Part shown: in pieces, positions 11,863 through 25,518 of the stretch
Numbering within the stretch: position 1 is the stretch's first letter
How the letters are laid out: the number at the start of each line of letters is the position of its first letter
NCBI GenBank assembly: GCA_038087875.1
Contig: CM075994.1
Coordinates: 2,172,001-2,236,000 of the forward strand
Origin: Malacoraja senta
Lineage: Eukaryota
Length of the DNA stretch: 64,000 nucleotides
Reading direction: 5' to 3'
The notes under the pieces: generated by a model
Seen by the model: only the letters and a program-made list of their open reading frames with translations
Database searches by the model: none
Told to the model about the DNA's origin: nothing
Program-made: the position numbers and the translations under genes

Positions 11863-13745
11863 TCAGAATCAGAATCAGATTTTATTCGCCAAGTATGTTT
11901 TGCAAAATACTAGGAATTTCACTGGCCAGGTCAGTCATACAATTAAAAGCAACAGACTCAAAAACACATTTTAACATGAACATCCACCACAGCGACTCCT
12001 ACACATTCCTCACTGTGATGGAAGGCGAAATAAACATAGAAACATAGAAAATAGGTGCAGGAGTAGGCCATTCGGCCCTTCGAGCCTGCACCGCCATTCA
12101 ATATGATCATGGCTGATCATCCAACTCAGTATCCTGTACCTGCCTTCTCTCCATACCCCCTGATCCCTTTAGCCACAAGGGCCACATCTAACTCCCTCTT
12201 AAATATAGCCAATGAACTGGCCTCAACTACATTCTGTGGCAGAGAATTCCAGAGATTCACCACTCTCTGTGTAAAAAATGTTTTTCTCATCTCAGTCCTA
12301 AAAGATTTCCCCTTTATCCTTAAACTGTGACCCCTTGTTCTGGACTTCCCCAACATCGGGAACAATCTTCCTGCATCTAGCCTGTCCAACCCTTTAAGAA
12401 TTTTGTAAGTTTCTATAAGATCCCCCCTCAATCTGCTAAATTCTAGCGAGTACAAGCCGAGTCTATCCAGTCTTTCTTCATATGAAAGTCCTGACATCCC
12501 AGGAATCACTGGTGAACCTTCTCTGTATTCCCTCAATGGCAAGAATGTCCTTCCTCAGATTAGGAGCCCAAAACTGTACGCAATACTCCAGGTGTGGTCT
12601 CACCAAGACCCTGTACAACTGCAGTAGAACCTTCCTGCTCCGATACTCAAATCCTTTTGCTATGAATGCTAACATACCATTCGCTTTCTTCACTGCCTGC
12701 TGCACCTGCATGCCTACTTTCAATGACTGGTGTACCATGACATCCAGGTCTCGTTGCATCTCCCCTTTTCCTAATTGGCCACCATTCAGGTAATAGTCTA
12801 CTTTCCTGTTTTTGCCACCAAAGTGGATAACCTCACATTTATCCACATTATACTGCATCTGCCATGCATTTGCCCACTCACCCAGCCTATCCAAGTCATC
12901 TTGCAACCTCCTAGCACCCTCCTCACAGCTAACACTGCCCCCCAGCTTCGTGTCATCCGCAAACTTGGAGATGTTGCATTCAATTCCCTCGTCCAAATCA
13001 TTAATATATATTGTAAATAGCTGGGGTCCCAGCACTGAGCCTTGCGGTACCCCACTAGTCACTGCCTGCCATTCTGAAAAGGACCCGTTTACTCCTACTC
13101 TTTGCTTCCTGTCTGCCAGCCAGTTCTCTATCCACATCAATACCAAACGCCCAATACCGTGTGCTTTAAGTTTGTATATTCATCTCTTATATGGGACCTT
13201 GTCGAAAGCCTTCTGAAAGTCAAGGCCTCCCTTTTGTTCTTCCTCGGTCGAAGGCCTGGAGCCCTCCGTTGACGGGACGGTCTTGACTCCCGTAGCCGGC
13301 GGCATCAGACCCTCCGCGTCGAGGCGTTCAGCTCCTGCATCGGGGGGTTGTCAGCTCCCCCGCACCGGGCGATCAAACCTCGCGTTGGGGCTGTTCAAAC
13401 CTTCTGCGGCGTTGGAGCTTCCCGACTAGCCTCTCCCGAGACTGCGAGCCTTTGATGGTAAGTCCGCAGGCCGCCAGTCTCCAGGCAAGGGATCAGCTCC
13501 AATGTTAAGTCCACGCCCCGCTGTGGGGCTCACGACAGTCCGAGGAGGCTTCCAGCTCCAGCGATGGTAGGCCGCAGAGCCTGGAGAATGTGATCCGAAA
13601 ATCAATCACATCTCCGGGAAGGTATGATCCCCACCCCCCCCCCCCCCCACATAAAACAAACCGAAGTACATTAAAACAAACTCTTAACATGCTAAAAATA
13701 ACAAAAAGATGAAAAGCGAACAGACTGCCGGCAGGGCTGGCCATC
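11863..13745 (-). mobile_element. Second copy of the unclassified repeat, split by a CR1 insertion
   Basis: gatggaaggcgaaata (about 12030) resumes as aaagtcaagg (about 13216), matching the uninterrupted 4331-4940 copy. Confidence 0.65.
12034..13220 (-). mobile_element. Young 5'-truncated CR1 (HER1-like) LINE
   Basis: RT motifs SGVPQGSVLGP, SKFADDTKL, YRVLVRPHLEYC; (ATAGAAAC)n tail; one frameshift near 12508. Confidence 0.93.
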
Positions 13746-14078
13746 TCCCCTGGTGGTCCTATAAACTATATCCATAGTAGATTGTTGCTGAGGTAGGCTT
13801 GTGGTTAGGGCTGCACAGTGTGGTAGAAGAACGTGATGGTTGATGGGAAGAAGCTATTCTTGTACCCAGAGGACACAATTCTCAGGCTCATGTACTTTCT
13901 TCCCAAAGAGAAGGAATATTAGAGCGTGGCCAGTGGGGTGTAGATCTTTGAGATTAGCTGCCTCTTTGAGTCTTTGTTTCCAGTAGGCAACTGGTGGAGA
14001 CCCTAATACCAACGATAGACCAGGCCATGTCCATCACTTTCTTCTCCTTCTTTCTTGGGTGTTTGTGTTACAAACCAG

Positions 14079-14817
14079 CAAGAGCGGAACTCGCTATCAA
14101 AACATGGAGGGGACGGGGGACACCATTTTTTTGGCGGCCGCGCGCGCATGCGCACACTCACACGCGCGAGGTAGTATCTTTGCTTCGGAGGCTCAATCCA
14201 GCGCTAAATGCACCTCAACTCTGCCTGTCACGGGGTTAACTACAGCCCTGTCTGGACTGACGGGACACCAGCGCTGCTTCTCCGCGCTGGCCATATTTCC
14301 CGCAAGTCCAGGAAGGCTATAGGCTCACCTGGCGGGACAGGCAGAGTTGACCTGGTTTAGCGCTGCTTCTCTGCGCTGGCTGTGGGCCTGGGGGGCACCG
14401 CGCCGGTCTGACTACCGACCAAAGATCCTATAGCGGAGGATCTTTGCTGCCGACCTCTCTGGCCACCCGTGGGGGGGGGGGTACTCGGGTGGGGACAGGA
14501 CAGCGCCGGAGACCCGGCCGGGATCGATCCTCCTCCTCCAATCACCACACTCTATCCTCAGGCCCCCCCCACACTACTCCCTCCTCCAATCATCGCGCTG
14601 AATTATCATGTCCCATCCCCATTGCCTGCTGACCGACGTCTCTCTCGTCCAATCGGCGCCCTCGATCAGCAGTCCCACCCCCACTGTCTCGCGGAAAGCG
14701 GAGATTTCACCAGGTTTTAAAATACGCATCACAAAAACTTGGGGGGGATGTCCCCCACCTCTCAAAACATGGAGGGGACGTGTCCCCTCTGGCCCCCCCC
14801 CGGGTTTTCCGCCCCTG
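14079..14817. mobile_element. hAT-type MITE, 739 bp, copy 1
   Basis: Imperfect TIRs CAAGAGCGGAA / TTCCGCCCCTG; exact 8-bp TSD CAAACCAG (14071-14078, 14818-14825); inverted homolog at 56191-56998. Confidence 0.9.
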
Positions 14818-16192
14818 CAAACCAGACCATGATGCAACTAGTCAGTATACTGTCTGCTGTATACAGGTAGAAGTTTGGTAGGGTATTCAGTGATATGCAG
14901 AATCTCTTCATGCTTCTGGGGAAGTTGAGGCTTTGATAATGCATTCTTTGTGATTACATCAATGTACTGGGCATAGATATGCACCCCCAGGTATCTGTTG
15001 ACTCTCCACCTAAATTGGTTGAATCAGAACTGGAGTTTATTTATATATACAAAAGCCTCCTATGATAAAACATACCAAGAATTAGGCCAAATTTAGGTAG
15101 GACCATCATTGTAAAAATGTTCATTAGATGTTAGCAAAACCGTTGTTTCTAAAACATGCATATGAGAGTCGTTGAGGTAGAGAGGACTGGCAGAATATCA
15201 GCATATCTGGACACCCGCTGAATTCAATAGTGGGACCTCTAAATAATTTTATTCCACTTATAAATGGCCATATTGAGTGGCAGCTGGAAGTGACAAATGT
15301 ATAGAAAGGTTCATACAATCAGTGACTGCAATTTTTCAATTCACTTTGATGTGTCAGTGGTGCCAAAGAACATTCCAAATCGTACTCTGCTGTTCAGGGG
15401 GGAAATAAGAGAGAAATCTTATTATGCTATCCTGGTCATTTAAATTCTGAAGATTTTTGCTGTTTCTTTCGGTCTCCTGTCCCAATGTGCTGTGGCTGTG
15501 TCCCTGGCTGTGGACCTGACCTGCCACCTCTCTCCTCTGGGCCTCTGGTCTCCAGTCCACTGAGTATCTGATCCCGGGCCTATGGCTCCCTGCATGTGTC
15601 TTTGCTGAGCCCAGTCAGGACCACGATCACTTAGGCTGGTGAATAGATTACTGCACATTGAAATAAAGAATGGATTGTTCCATTAGTTAGGAGTTGAGAA
15701 AGATCTATTATGACAGACTCAGCATTGCAAATTGTTATACTGTGACAATAACAGTGAAGGAAATGCCAACTGTATGTTAGTCACTTGATTCTGCTTTCTG
15801 CAGAAAGCAACATTGAAGCTCTGTAAAGGGAAGTGGTATAGCGGTAATGCCTCGATTTGGACTGGATTATTTATGAAGACAGAAAACATTCTTGTTCAGA
15901 TAGTAGGAATATAAAATCTTAAATCATATTAAAAACCTAATACCAAAATACTGGTTCAAGTAAGTGATTAGAAGATGGGCATGTCCAAGAACAAAAGCTG
16001 CAGATGCTGGGAATCTGAACTAAAATCAGAAAGTCCTCAAGATGCTCAACAGATCAGGCAGTACAAATGGGAGGAGAAACAGTTGATATTTCTGGTCAGT
16101 GACCCTCAATAATATAGCCCGGAAATGCCATACAATGAATAAAACAGTGTCAATGTGGCAATTGACTTTACCCCTCCATTTCTGTTTTCCAG

Positions 16193-16354
16193 GTGAGTGA
16201 CTTTACCTGGAGTCACGATGGTACTCAGGCACTCATTTCGTACCGGGATGGCTTTGTTCTGGTCGGATCTGTCAGTGGACAACGTCACTGGTCGTCTGAG
16301 ATTAATTTGGACAGCCAGATTACCTGTGGAATATGGACACCTGATGACCAACAG
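16193..16354 (+). CDS. TULP4: TULP4 coding exon 3 (VSDFTWSHDG...WTPDDQQ), WD40 region
   Basis: tttctgttttccag| acceptor, CAG|gtatca donor, 162 nt. Confidence 0.97.
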
Positions 16355-16450
16355 GTATCAATCAGTACTGTATTTAGACATCTAAAAATTGCAATGTTTT
16401 ACCAAAAATTTGCTCAATTTTTTTCTTAAAGTTATCATCGTTGCCACAGT

Positions 16451-16768
16451 TTAGTTGTAAGAGATACAGTGCGGAAACAGACCCTTCAGCCCACTGGGTC
16501 CGCGCAGACCAGCGATCCCCGCACATTAACACCATCCTACACCCACTAGGGACAATTTTTACATTTATCAAGCCAATTAACTTACAAACCCGTACATCTT
16601 TGGAGTGTGGGAGGAAACCGAAGATCTCGGGGAAAACCCATGCAGGTCACAGGGAGACCATACAAACTCCGTACAGACAGCACCCGTAGTCGAGATCGAA
16701 CCCGGGTCTCTGGCGCTGCATTCGCTGTAAGGCAGCAACTCTGCCCCTGCTCCACCATGACTGCCCAC
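16451..16768 (-). mobile_element. tRNA-derived V-SINE (HE1-like)
   Basis: Reverse complement shows B-box GGTTCGATC, V-domain (ggagtttgta...ctccctgtgacc...ggtttcctcccaca) and CR1-shared 3' tail. Confidence 0.85.
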
Positions 16769-17404
16769 AGGAGGAGGCTATTTGGCCCACCGAGTCAGTG
16801 TCTGTTTCTGGAGTGTAATGCAGACAATTCCATTCCACTGTTGCCATACAAATTTATTTCCTTGACTTGCCTATCAGTTTCCCCTTGAAGTCAGCAATCA
16901 TCTCCACTGCCACCACTCATGGACTGCAAGTTCGAACTTATGACCACTCCATTAATGGGAATATCTTCCCTAGACGTGTCATAATCATCCACAGATTTTT
17001 TAAATCGCCCTCTGCCTCTTTTGTTCCAAGGAAAGCTGGCCCAATGTTTCCAATCTAACTTCGACCAAAAACCTCTAATTACTCTGGAAATTATTCTGGT
17101 CAATCTATTCTGCTTCCTGTCAAAGACCTTCCAGTTTTAGTTTTAGAGATACAGAGTGGAAACAGGCCCTTTGGCCCACCAATATTGTGCCAACCAACAA
17201 TCACCCATACACTACTTGTAGTAGAAAAAAACATGGTCCCAACACCAGGGAAAACCACTATTTAGCATCCTTTAGTCTGAAAAGTAACCATTTATCATGA
17301 AAGAACGTAAGAAAATGGGAAGGAATAGACCAGTCAGCCCTTTGGGTATGCTTCTTCCCTGACTCTTGACTCCCTTCTATTGAAATGTCTTATCAAATTC
17401 CTTC

Positions 17405-17585
17405 TTAATCAACCTCTAAACCTGCACACCTTTAGTATGTGGGAGCAATCTGGAGCTACGGAGAAATCCCATGCAAACACAGGGAGAACATACAAACTCC
17501 ATACAGACAGTACCCATAATCAGGATCGAACCCGGGTCTCTGGTGCTGCCACTGCTCCAAATCTACTGCTGCTCCACTATGCCGC
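17405..17585 (-). mobile_element. V-SINE fragment
   Basis: caaactccatacagacag...ggatcgaacccgggtctctgg, similar to the 16451 copy. Confidence 0.75.
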
Positions 17586-17906
17586 TCACTGAGGGACCTT
17601 AACAGAATGGGTACTGAGAGGATGTATCCACAGTGGGAAGTATCTGGAATGAGGAGACACAATTTCGGGATAAAGGGTCACCCATTTTGGAGGGAGATGA
17701 GGTGGAATTTCTATCAGTATGTCTAATTCTTGTAAACAAACTAATTATAACTAATTCTTGTAAGCCAAGATGTTTGTGCTTATCTTCTATATAATTACTA
17801 CCTGGTTATTTTTTTTTTTAATGTCCTGCATGAGCTTCCTCAGTATTTTGAAATATAATATGCTCTTGTTCCTTTGAATAATTGTTCACTTTGTATCTCG
17901 ATGTAG

Positions 17907-18087
17907 GTGCTATTTGGTACAGCTGATGGGCAAGTGATAGTGATGGACTGCCATGGACGTATGCTAGCTCATGTTTTACTCCATGAATCTGAAGGTATCG
18001 TGGGAATGTCCTGGAATTACCCCAGCTTCCTGGTGGAGGACAGTAGTGAGAGTGACACTGATTCTGATGACTACTCACCACCGCAAG
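17907..18087 (+). CDS. TULP4: TULP4 coding exon 4 (VLFGTADGQV...DDYSPPQ)
   Basis: atgtag| acceptor, AAG|gtatct donor, 181 nt, ends in phase 1. Confidence 0.96.
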
Positions 18088-18202
18088 GTATCTGTATCTG
18101 TATGTCTCTGTATGGTATCTGTATGTCTCCCTAACTTAGCACAATTCTGGGCTGGAAATATCAGAAATAGAATTTTCATGGTTACAAACTATTGTGTCAG
18201 TT

Positions 18203-18423
18203 CTCTCTGTGACAGCATGGGTTTCCTCCAGGTGCTCCGGTTTCCTCCCATATCCGAAAGGCGTGCAGGTTTGTACGTTAATTGACCTCTTGTAAATTAT
18301 CCCTGGTGTGTAGGGAGTGGATGAGAAAGTGGAATAATATAGAAACGTGTGAACATGTGATCGATGGTCGGCATGGACTAGGTGGGCTGAAGGTCCTGTT
18401 TAGGTGCTGTATCTCTAAACTAG
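18203..18423 (+). mobile_element. V-SINE 3' fragment occupying most of intron 4
   Basis: gggtttcctccaggtgctccggtttcctccca...gctgtatctctaaac; ends about 23 nt before the exon 5 acceptor. Confidence 0.8.
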
Positions 18424-18446
18424 TCACTTTGTAACCTTTGTTGCAG

Positions 18447-18581
18447 ATGGTCCAGCAATATATCCCTTACCAATTCAAAACAGCAAGCCGCTACTGACTG
18501 TTAGCTTCACGTCTGGGGATATCAGCATGATGAACAACTATGATGATTTGTCACCCACTGTAATCCGCTCTGATATGAAAG
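18447..18581 (+). CDS. TULP4: TULP4 coding exon 5 (DGPAIYPLPIQNSKPLLTVSF...IRSDMK)
   Basis: ttgcag| acceptor, AAG|gtgaga donor, 135 nt. Absent from the ORF track; translated by hand. Confidence 0.96.
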
Positions 18582-18899
18582 GTGAGAAATACAGTTTCAG
18601 TGAAATGGGAGCTGGTAGCTTAGTATATTAGTCAAATATTGTTTTTCTTTTGGCTGCAAGTGTATGATTCAACAACAAATTTAATTTCTTTGTATCTAAG
18701 ATAGAACACTGTTTCCTTGTTCCATGACATCATGTTGTTTTAACACTTTAAATTTATTATGGATACAAGAATAATTAACAAAATCAAACTGACAGATTCC
18801 TGTTCAGCATTTCAGTCGAAATAAATTTCTGTTTGGCAATACCTGTGAGATTTAGGCTACATATTTGTAGAGATTCCAGAATCATAAAATTGCGAAGGA

Positions 18900-19720
18900 A
18901 TGTTGTGGAGTTCTGGTCGCCCCATTGCAGGAAGAATGTGGGGGCTCTGGAAAGGTTGCAGAAGAGGTTTACCAGAATGGTACCTGGATTGGGGGGGCAT
19001 TGGCTACAATGAGAGGTTGGATAAACGTAGGTTGTTTTCTCTGGAATGTTGAAGGATGAGGGGAGATCTGATAGAAGTGTACAAAATTAAGAGACATAGG
19101 TAGGACAGACAGTCAGAAATTTTTTCCCAGGATGGAAATATCAAATACTAGAGGGCATAAATTTAAGGTGAGAGGGGCAAAGTTTAAGGGAGTTATGCAA
19201 GGCAAGTTTTTTTTATTTGTTCAATGCCTGGAAAGGGCTCCAAGGGTGGATGATGGAGGGAGCGGATCTGAAATGGCATTCGATATGACATTTAAGAGTC
19301 TTTTGGATAGCTGGATGGATATGGATTATGTGCAAGCAGATGGGAGTTAGACTTGGTGGCCACAGTGGCGTAGTGGTAGACCAGTAGAGTTGCTGCCTTA
19401 CAGCGGCGGAGACCCGGGTTCGATCCTGACTACGGGTGCTGTCTGTACGGCGTTTGTACGTTCTCCCCGTGACCGCTTGGGTTTTCTCCGAGATCTTTGG
19501 TTTCCTCCCACACTCCAAAGACGTACAGGTATGTAGATTAATTGGCTCGGTATATATGTAAATTGTCCCTAGTGTGTGTAGGATAGTGTTAATGTGCAGG
19601 GATAATTGGTCGGTGCGGACTCGGTGGGCCGAAGGGCCTGTTTCCGCACTATATCTCTAAACTAAACTTGGCATCATGTACGACACAGACATCGTGGGCT
19701 GTTCCTGTGCTGCACTATGC
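18900..19720 (+). mobile_element. Old CR1 3' fragment with a nested V-SINE (19357-19665)
   Basis: TRGHKFKVRGAKFKG remnant. The SINE has a B-box and V-domain and is flanked by an acttgg direct repeat (19351-19356, 19666-19671). Confidence 0.8.
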
Positions 19721-19852
19721 TATCTTCTATTTATAATTGGTTACCTATATTACCTAGTCTGGTTACCTAGGACTACTGATAATTTATTATTTCTCGTATA
19801 TTTGTGTGTTGCTGTTATGTGCAAACAAATTTTGTCTGCCTCGCTGTTCCAG

Positions 19853-20019
19853 ATGTGGTCGTACAGTGGAGTACCCAGGGGGATCTGCTCGCTGTCGCAG
19901 GCATAGAAAGGCAGAGTCAATCTTACGAATCGGGAAACGTTCCAGTAGTGAAAAACGCTGCTGTTAAATTCTTTAATAACCATGGAGAACATATTTACAC
20001 ACTGGAAAGTCCCACCCAG
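19853..20019 (+). CDS. TULP4: TULP4 coding exon 6 (DVVVQWSTQGDLLAVAG...LESPTQ)
   Basis: gttccag| acceptor, CAG|gtatat donor, 167 nt. Confidence 0.96.
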
Positions 20020-22471
20020 GTATATAAGGATTCACCAGTCATTTTCTGGCATTGTTAAATGTTAACTTTAATAATTGAAAAGGTACTTTTATCAGTTTCA
20101 CAGAAAATGAAAGTATTAGGTGTTGAATGCTCAAGCATAATTCGATATTCTTTGTTTATTTTGAAAACTAGTCGATTGGTCAAATGCACAATGTTAGCTC
20201 ATGTGTTTTTGTTTCCAGCTCAGAAAATATTATTCTGAGGCAGCCTTGAGGATAAATATAGCTGTCACAATTATAGTGTTATTTGCAAACTTACTAACCA
20301 TGCTGCCTGCATTCTCATCCAAATCGTCCATATAATTAACAAACAATAATGGACCCAGCATCGATCCCTGTGACACACCACTTGTTACAGGCCTCTAGTC
20401 TGAAAGCAACCCTCTGCCACCATCCTCTGTCTCCTACCTTCAGGCCAATTTTGTATCCAACTCTCCAGCTTGCCCTGAATCCCATGTGGTCTAACCTTAT
20501 AGGCCAGCTGACCTTGCTGAAGTCCATGTAGCCAATTTATACTGCACTGCCCTATCGATCTTCTTAGTCACTTCTACAGAAAACTCAATCAAATTTGTGA
20601 TAGTCGATTTCTCACGTGTAAAACCATGCTGACTACCGTATTCAGTCCTAGCCCTATCAAATGCTTGTGTGTATGCTTGTGTATGCTTTTCACTAAAAAG
20701 AGAAAGTTAATCAGCATATTTACTCTTTTTTTCCACATGCAATGAACAATTTTAATTGAGTTACTGACCAGTGAGTAAATATGGTTGGCAGTTTTGTGCA
20801 CTGTAAGGTCAACATGCAAGAACAGATAATATGCTGTTTTGGCTAGGTGAAGGAGTCAATGAATGATTTCTAAAAATAGCAAGTCTTTAGTGTTTTATGT
20901 AAAAGGTCAGTTTCTTTGAGGATGCTGGTTATGCAGGATCGTAGCAGACGAGAAAAGACAATTTTAGTTGGTATTTTCAGAGGAATATATTTATGTTTTG
21001 GGGATTTTACCGATTATTACTGTTCTACGCATTACTTATCCAAAGAAAAAGTATGTTTAGAAGTCTCAACAAAAGAATTGCCAACAACCTAACACATCTG
21101 GTTTAATACAAGTATCGTAGGTTGTCGGGCATTTTTTGAACGTAGAAGAGAAGTCCGATTACATGCCTTGCAAAGTTTTTTATTCTTAAATTGATAATTG
21201 TTCTGGTAGTTTGGAATATGTTATCAGGGGATCAAACAAAAGGGATAGATCTGATTACCAAAGATTTTTGGGTGTGCCAAAGAATTGTGGTGGTGTAGAT
21301 AATGAGGAGGATTGTATTAGGAAAGGTTCGGAGGGATATGGACCAAACGTGAGCAAATGGGATTGGCGTAGATGAGGCATCTTGGTCAGCATGGATGAGT
21401 TGGGTCAAAGGGCCTGTTTCTGTGCTGTATGACTTTTACTCAGTGATTCTCTATTAGAAAAGGTAATGAAGAATTGAAGGTGCTACTTGCCTTGTTGGTA
21501 TCATGTGGCAGAGAGGAACATATATGGAAAAAAAACATGAACGTAACATCTATGGGATGAACTAAAAAACAAAGTTAATTTTGTTTATGCCCAACTGAAA
21601 ACCTACATCAATCTTCTCTAACTTCAGGACCAATGTCCTTTGTGCTGCTCAATCCTTACAGACAGTGTTTGAAAGATGTTTCAATATTTCCAAAATAGTT
21701 CAGAATAAACCTCAGCATCATCTTAACTCCACATCGTCGCCCTTCAGTTAGCCCCCACCTCCTCTCCTCCTAACCATGTCTCATTTGGAAGAATCCAGTA
21801 ATCTATCCAATGCCGCAAACTCCCTACCCTAATAATCTGTCCCAATCTGTTACATAGAACATAGTACAGTAAAGGAACGAGTTTTTTGTCCCACGTTGTT
21901 TATTCCAAACATGATGCCTAGTTAAACTGATCTCATCTGCTTGTACATGACCCTGTATTCCCTGCATTTACAAGTGCCTATCTAAAGGCCTCTTAAACAC
22001 CACTATCATATCTGCCTTCACCAATACCCCTGGCAATGTGTTCCAGACCCCCACCACTCGCTGTGTAAAATAAAACTTTCCCTGCACATCTCCATTAAAT
22101 TTCCCCCCTCCCTTTATAGTTGGACCCTCTGGTGCTGGACATTTCCATACTGCAAAAATGTTTCTGACTGTCTACCCAATCTGTGCCTCTCATAATTTTA
22201 TGTACTTATATCAAGTCTATCCAACTTCTCCCTCTTAGTTTAACTACGCATCATGCACAACAAGCAAACATTGAGGACCGAAGGGCCCATTCCTGTGCTG
22301 TATGGCTCTGTGATCTATGTCACATATTGCCAATCATCTTGCATCTTGTAAAGGCAATAGGGAATTAGTAGCTGTAAAATGGCTCTGAGCCTGACCCAAG
22401 ATCATTTAAATGGATTGTATGCAAATAAAATCAGTGCAAATCAGCATAAATTATTTTTGTTTCCTTCTTAG

Positions 22472-22696
22472 CGTCCTATTACAGCCATCTGTTGGGGTCA
22501 CCGTGACTCCCGTTTGTTCTTGTCTTCTGGACCTGCCCTGTACGTTGTTCGTGTGGAACACAGGATTGCCAATTTACAACTGTTATGTCAGCAGGCTATT
22601 GTCGTCGCACTTCGTGATGAGAAAGACTTCAGTAAATTAACACTTCCACCTCGTCTTTGTTCGTACCTCACTGCTGCCTTTGTATCAACAATTAAG
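22472..22696 (+). CDS. TULP4: TULP4 coding exon 7 (RPITAICWGHRDSR...STIK), includes SOCS box
   Basis: ttcttag| acceptor, AAG|gtatat donor, 225 nt. NLQLLCQQAI...LTLPPRLCSYL matches the BC-box/Cul-box pattern of SOCS boxes. Confidence 0.97.
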
Positions 22697-24384
22697 GTAT
22701 ATACTGTTATAAATCATAAGCAGCACGCTGCAGAGCCTTTTATTGTCAGTGACAAATATTTTGAAATGTTAAATATGCCGCATCAAATTTGTTACTTTCA
22801 TATGCATAATGGGACTGATGTAAGATGAGTATTCTGTTATATTCACATGCATACACTGCACACTTCTAGAATAAGTCTAGTTTAACTTGCAGAAATTAAA
22901 GTAGAAATAGTGTCGTCTTTCCAAATGTTATGGGGTCGAGCGTGTATTATGTATCCCTATAGTGCTGTATGATAACTCTTCTTGGCTATTACCACTTAAT
23001 TTACCTGCATCATCCCTCATCAGTTTTCATTACTATATAGCCAATATATCTTCTCAACTAATTAGTGCAGGAGAGAGATTTTCCATGTCTTTCACTTTCT
23101 AAAGTAGTATGGCCTGTTTAAGGATGGTAACTATGCCAGTTGCTAATTCTGCATCAACAATCACTCTCAATCTAATGTCTCCAAATTATTTAAATAATGT
23201 TATCCATTACTTAGTTCTGTAATAACTTGGTTCATAAAAAGCCTTATAGAGCATCATTTAGGATAATTGCAGGGAACATCAAAGAAGGGCTTAGAGGGAT
23301 ATGGGCTGAACGCAGGCAGGTGGGACTAGCGTAGATGGAACATCTTGATCAGCATGTGCAAGTTGGGCCGAAGGGCCTGTTTTTATGCTCTATGACTGGA
23401 TGCTCATGAGTCCAACAGTTTAGTTGTTTTTTTTACTTGCTTGGTCTTGGTTTATTATAGTCACATGTACCAAAATGCAAGAGGAAAAAAAATAGTTTTT
23501 GTATCCCATCCCATAGTCTGCCATACCAGATCATATCATATCATAAATACAACAGCAAACGCATTTAGGCACACAGGGTTTATTTGGTTTATAAGGTTTG
23601 TCATGTTGAGATCACTCTTAATTATGGGTTGTTTACTGCCTGTAAATAAACCATTGCTGAATCTGGAATCAGCATTTTTATTCAACCCATCTTTACTCGA
23701 GTAGTTTAAGGCTAATTGCGTGGGAGTTGATTGAACAGTTTATTGACCTAGATTTGATATGTTTTATATTTGTAATTATTTTTGTATGTCGCAAATGTTA
23801 TAATTTAAATAACATTACAAAGGTGTAGCAGATTGAAGAGCAGGGGCCTAGCCCCACAGGGTTGAGTCCTGTGACCAATTCCCAATCAGTTCCTTCATAT
23901 GGACCCAGATAATCAATTGACTATTTAGTACCATGGTGTTTCACAGTGCTGGTGGAACTGGGTTTATCATCAAACACTGTGTTAAATAGCATCCAATATA
24001 AGACCAAGCCGGGTATCGAGTCAGGAATCAACAAATATGAAGCCTTTTCCAATTATATTTTAGAATGAATGTTATAAAGCTGCATATTTTTTTCTGACAG
24101 ATACTGACAGAAAAATATAGGGTATTAAAGAGAATCATCAAATTGATCTTTTATTTTTAATACCTGTGCTTGAATACTCAGTACGATAAGATAAAAGCCT
24201 GTTTTCCACTTCATGGGTTGTGTGATAGTATTTTAGCAGTCTCGACTGACTTCATGATGCATGAAATCACCATGTAACATGTCAACAGTTTGATAACAAT
24301 ATTAATTTGGAGTCTCAGACACAGCAAAGGTGATGCGGAAATGCAGTTAAACTGGTCTATTGCTCAAATGTAGTTATTTTTCAA

Positions 24385-24680
24385 GATACAGCATGGAAAC
24401 GGGTCCTTCGGCCCACTGAGTTCACGCTGACTGTCACACTAGTTCTATGTTATCCCACTTTTTCATCCACTCCCTACACACTATGGGCCAATTTACAGAG
24501 GCCAATTAACCTACAAACTCACACGCCTTTGGGATGTGGGAAGAAACCAGAAGCCAGAGGAAACCCACGCGGTCACGGACAATGTGCAAACTCCACACAA
24601 ACAGCACCCGGGGTCAGGATTGAACCTGGGTCTCTGGTGCTGTGAAACAGCACCTCCACTAGTTGCACCACTGTTCCACC
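24385..24680 (-). mobile_element. V-SINE
   Basis: gatacagcatggaaacgggtccttcggccc...caaactccacac...ggattgaacctgggtctctgg. Confidence 0.8.
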
Positions 24681-25283
24681 ATATGTGCATAAATTTGTGA
24701 GATAGATGGAGTGTTACAAACCGTTTTTCAAGATTTGGATTTGTTGCTGCAATAGTTTAGAGAGAGCATTACTGATGCACTGTTTTCATTTTGGTGGACA
24801 TAGGGTTTCAAATAAACCTGGAATCTAAAAAGTAATCTTAGTAATATTAACTGACTGGATTGTCATATAAACCTCATGGTTCAATAATCACAATAATGTC
24901 CATAGGGTAAGGAAACCTGCCATGCATTCCCAGTCTGACGTGGTTTACTCTTACTTTTTTTTCTCCCGTTATGTACTGTGTTTACATATTCTGTTGTGCT
25001 GCAGCAAGTAAGAATTTCATTGGGACATATCTGGGACCAATGACAATAAAACGCTCTTGACTTGACTCTTGATGTTTCCTCGGTTCAGCAGGAATTGGGC
25101 ATGTTCAATAAATTGTGATGCATCCTATGAACATTTAAAAAAAAAAAGTTGAATGAAATTCAGCAAATAAGAAAACTCACTAGAATTCTAACTTTATAGT
25201 GTAGAAACCATGTTATTGTCACAGAAATGTAATGCTCATGAATTAATTTGGTTATTTAAGTAATTGTTGCTATCTTTATTTAG

Positions 25284-25518
25284 CCTCCCATACCAGACCC
25301 AAATAATATGCGGGATTTTGTCAGCTACCCGACATCAGGAAATGAAAGACTGCACTGCACTATGAAGCGTACAGAAGATGACCCAGAAGTAGGAGGTCCA
25401 TGCTACACCCTGTACCTGGAATACTTGGGTGGTCTAGTACCAATTTTGAAAGGAAGGAGAATAAGCAAACTTCGACCAGAATTTGTCATAATGGACCCTA
25501 AAACTGATGGTAAATCAG
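25284..25518 (+). CDS. TULP4: TULP4 coding exon 8 (PPIPDPNNMRDF...DPKTDGKS)
   Basis: tttatttag| acceptor, CAG|gtatgt donor, 235 nt. Confidence 0.97.

Noticed and set aside
12500..12515. Frameshift at the same position in two CR1 copies (about 12508 and about 28857) as programmed frameshifting
   Set aside because: The two indels differ in size, there is no slippery site, and the copies at 30895 and 58400 are intact there.
18088..18130. Repeated gtatct/gtatgt after exon 4 as alternative donors
   Set aside because: Poor exonic context (tct|gt) and most simply a local microduplication; no evidence of use.
19357..19440. tRNA-like sequence with A/B boxes (also at 43503 and 16690)
   Set aside because: These are SINE heads continuous with the V-domain and LINE-derived tail, not tRNA genes.
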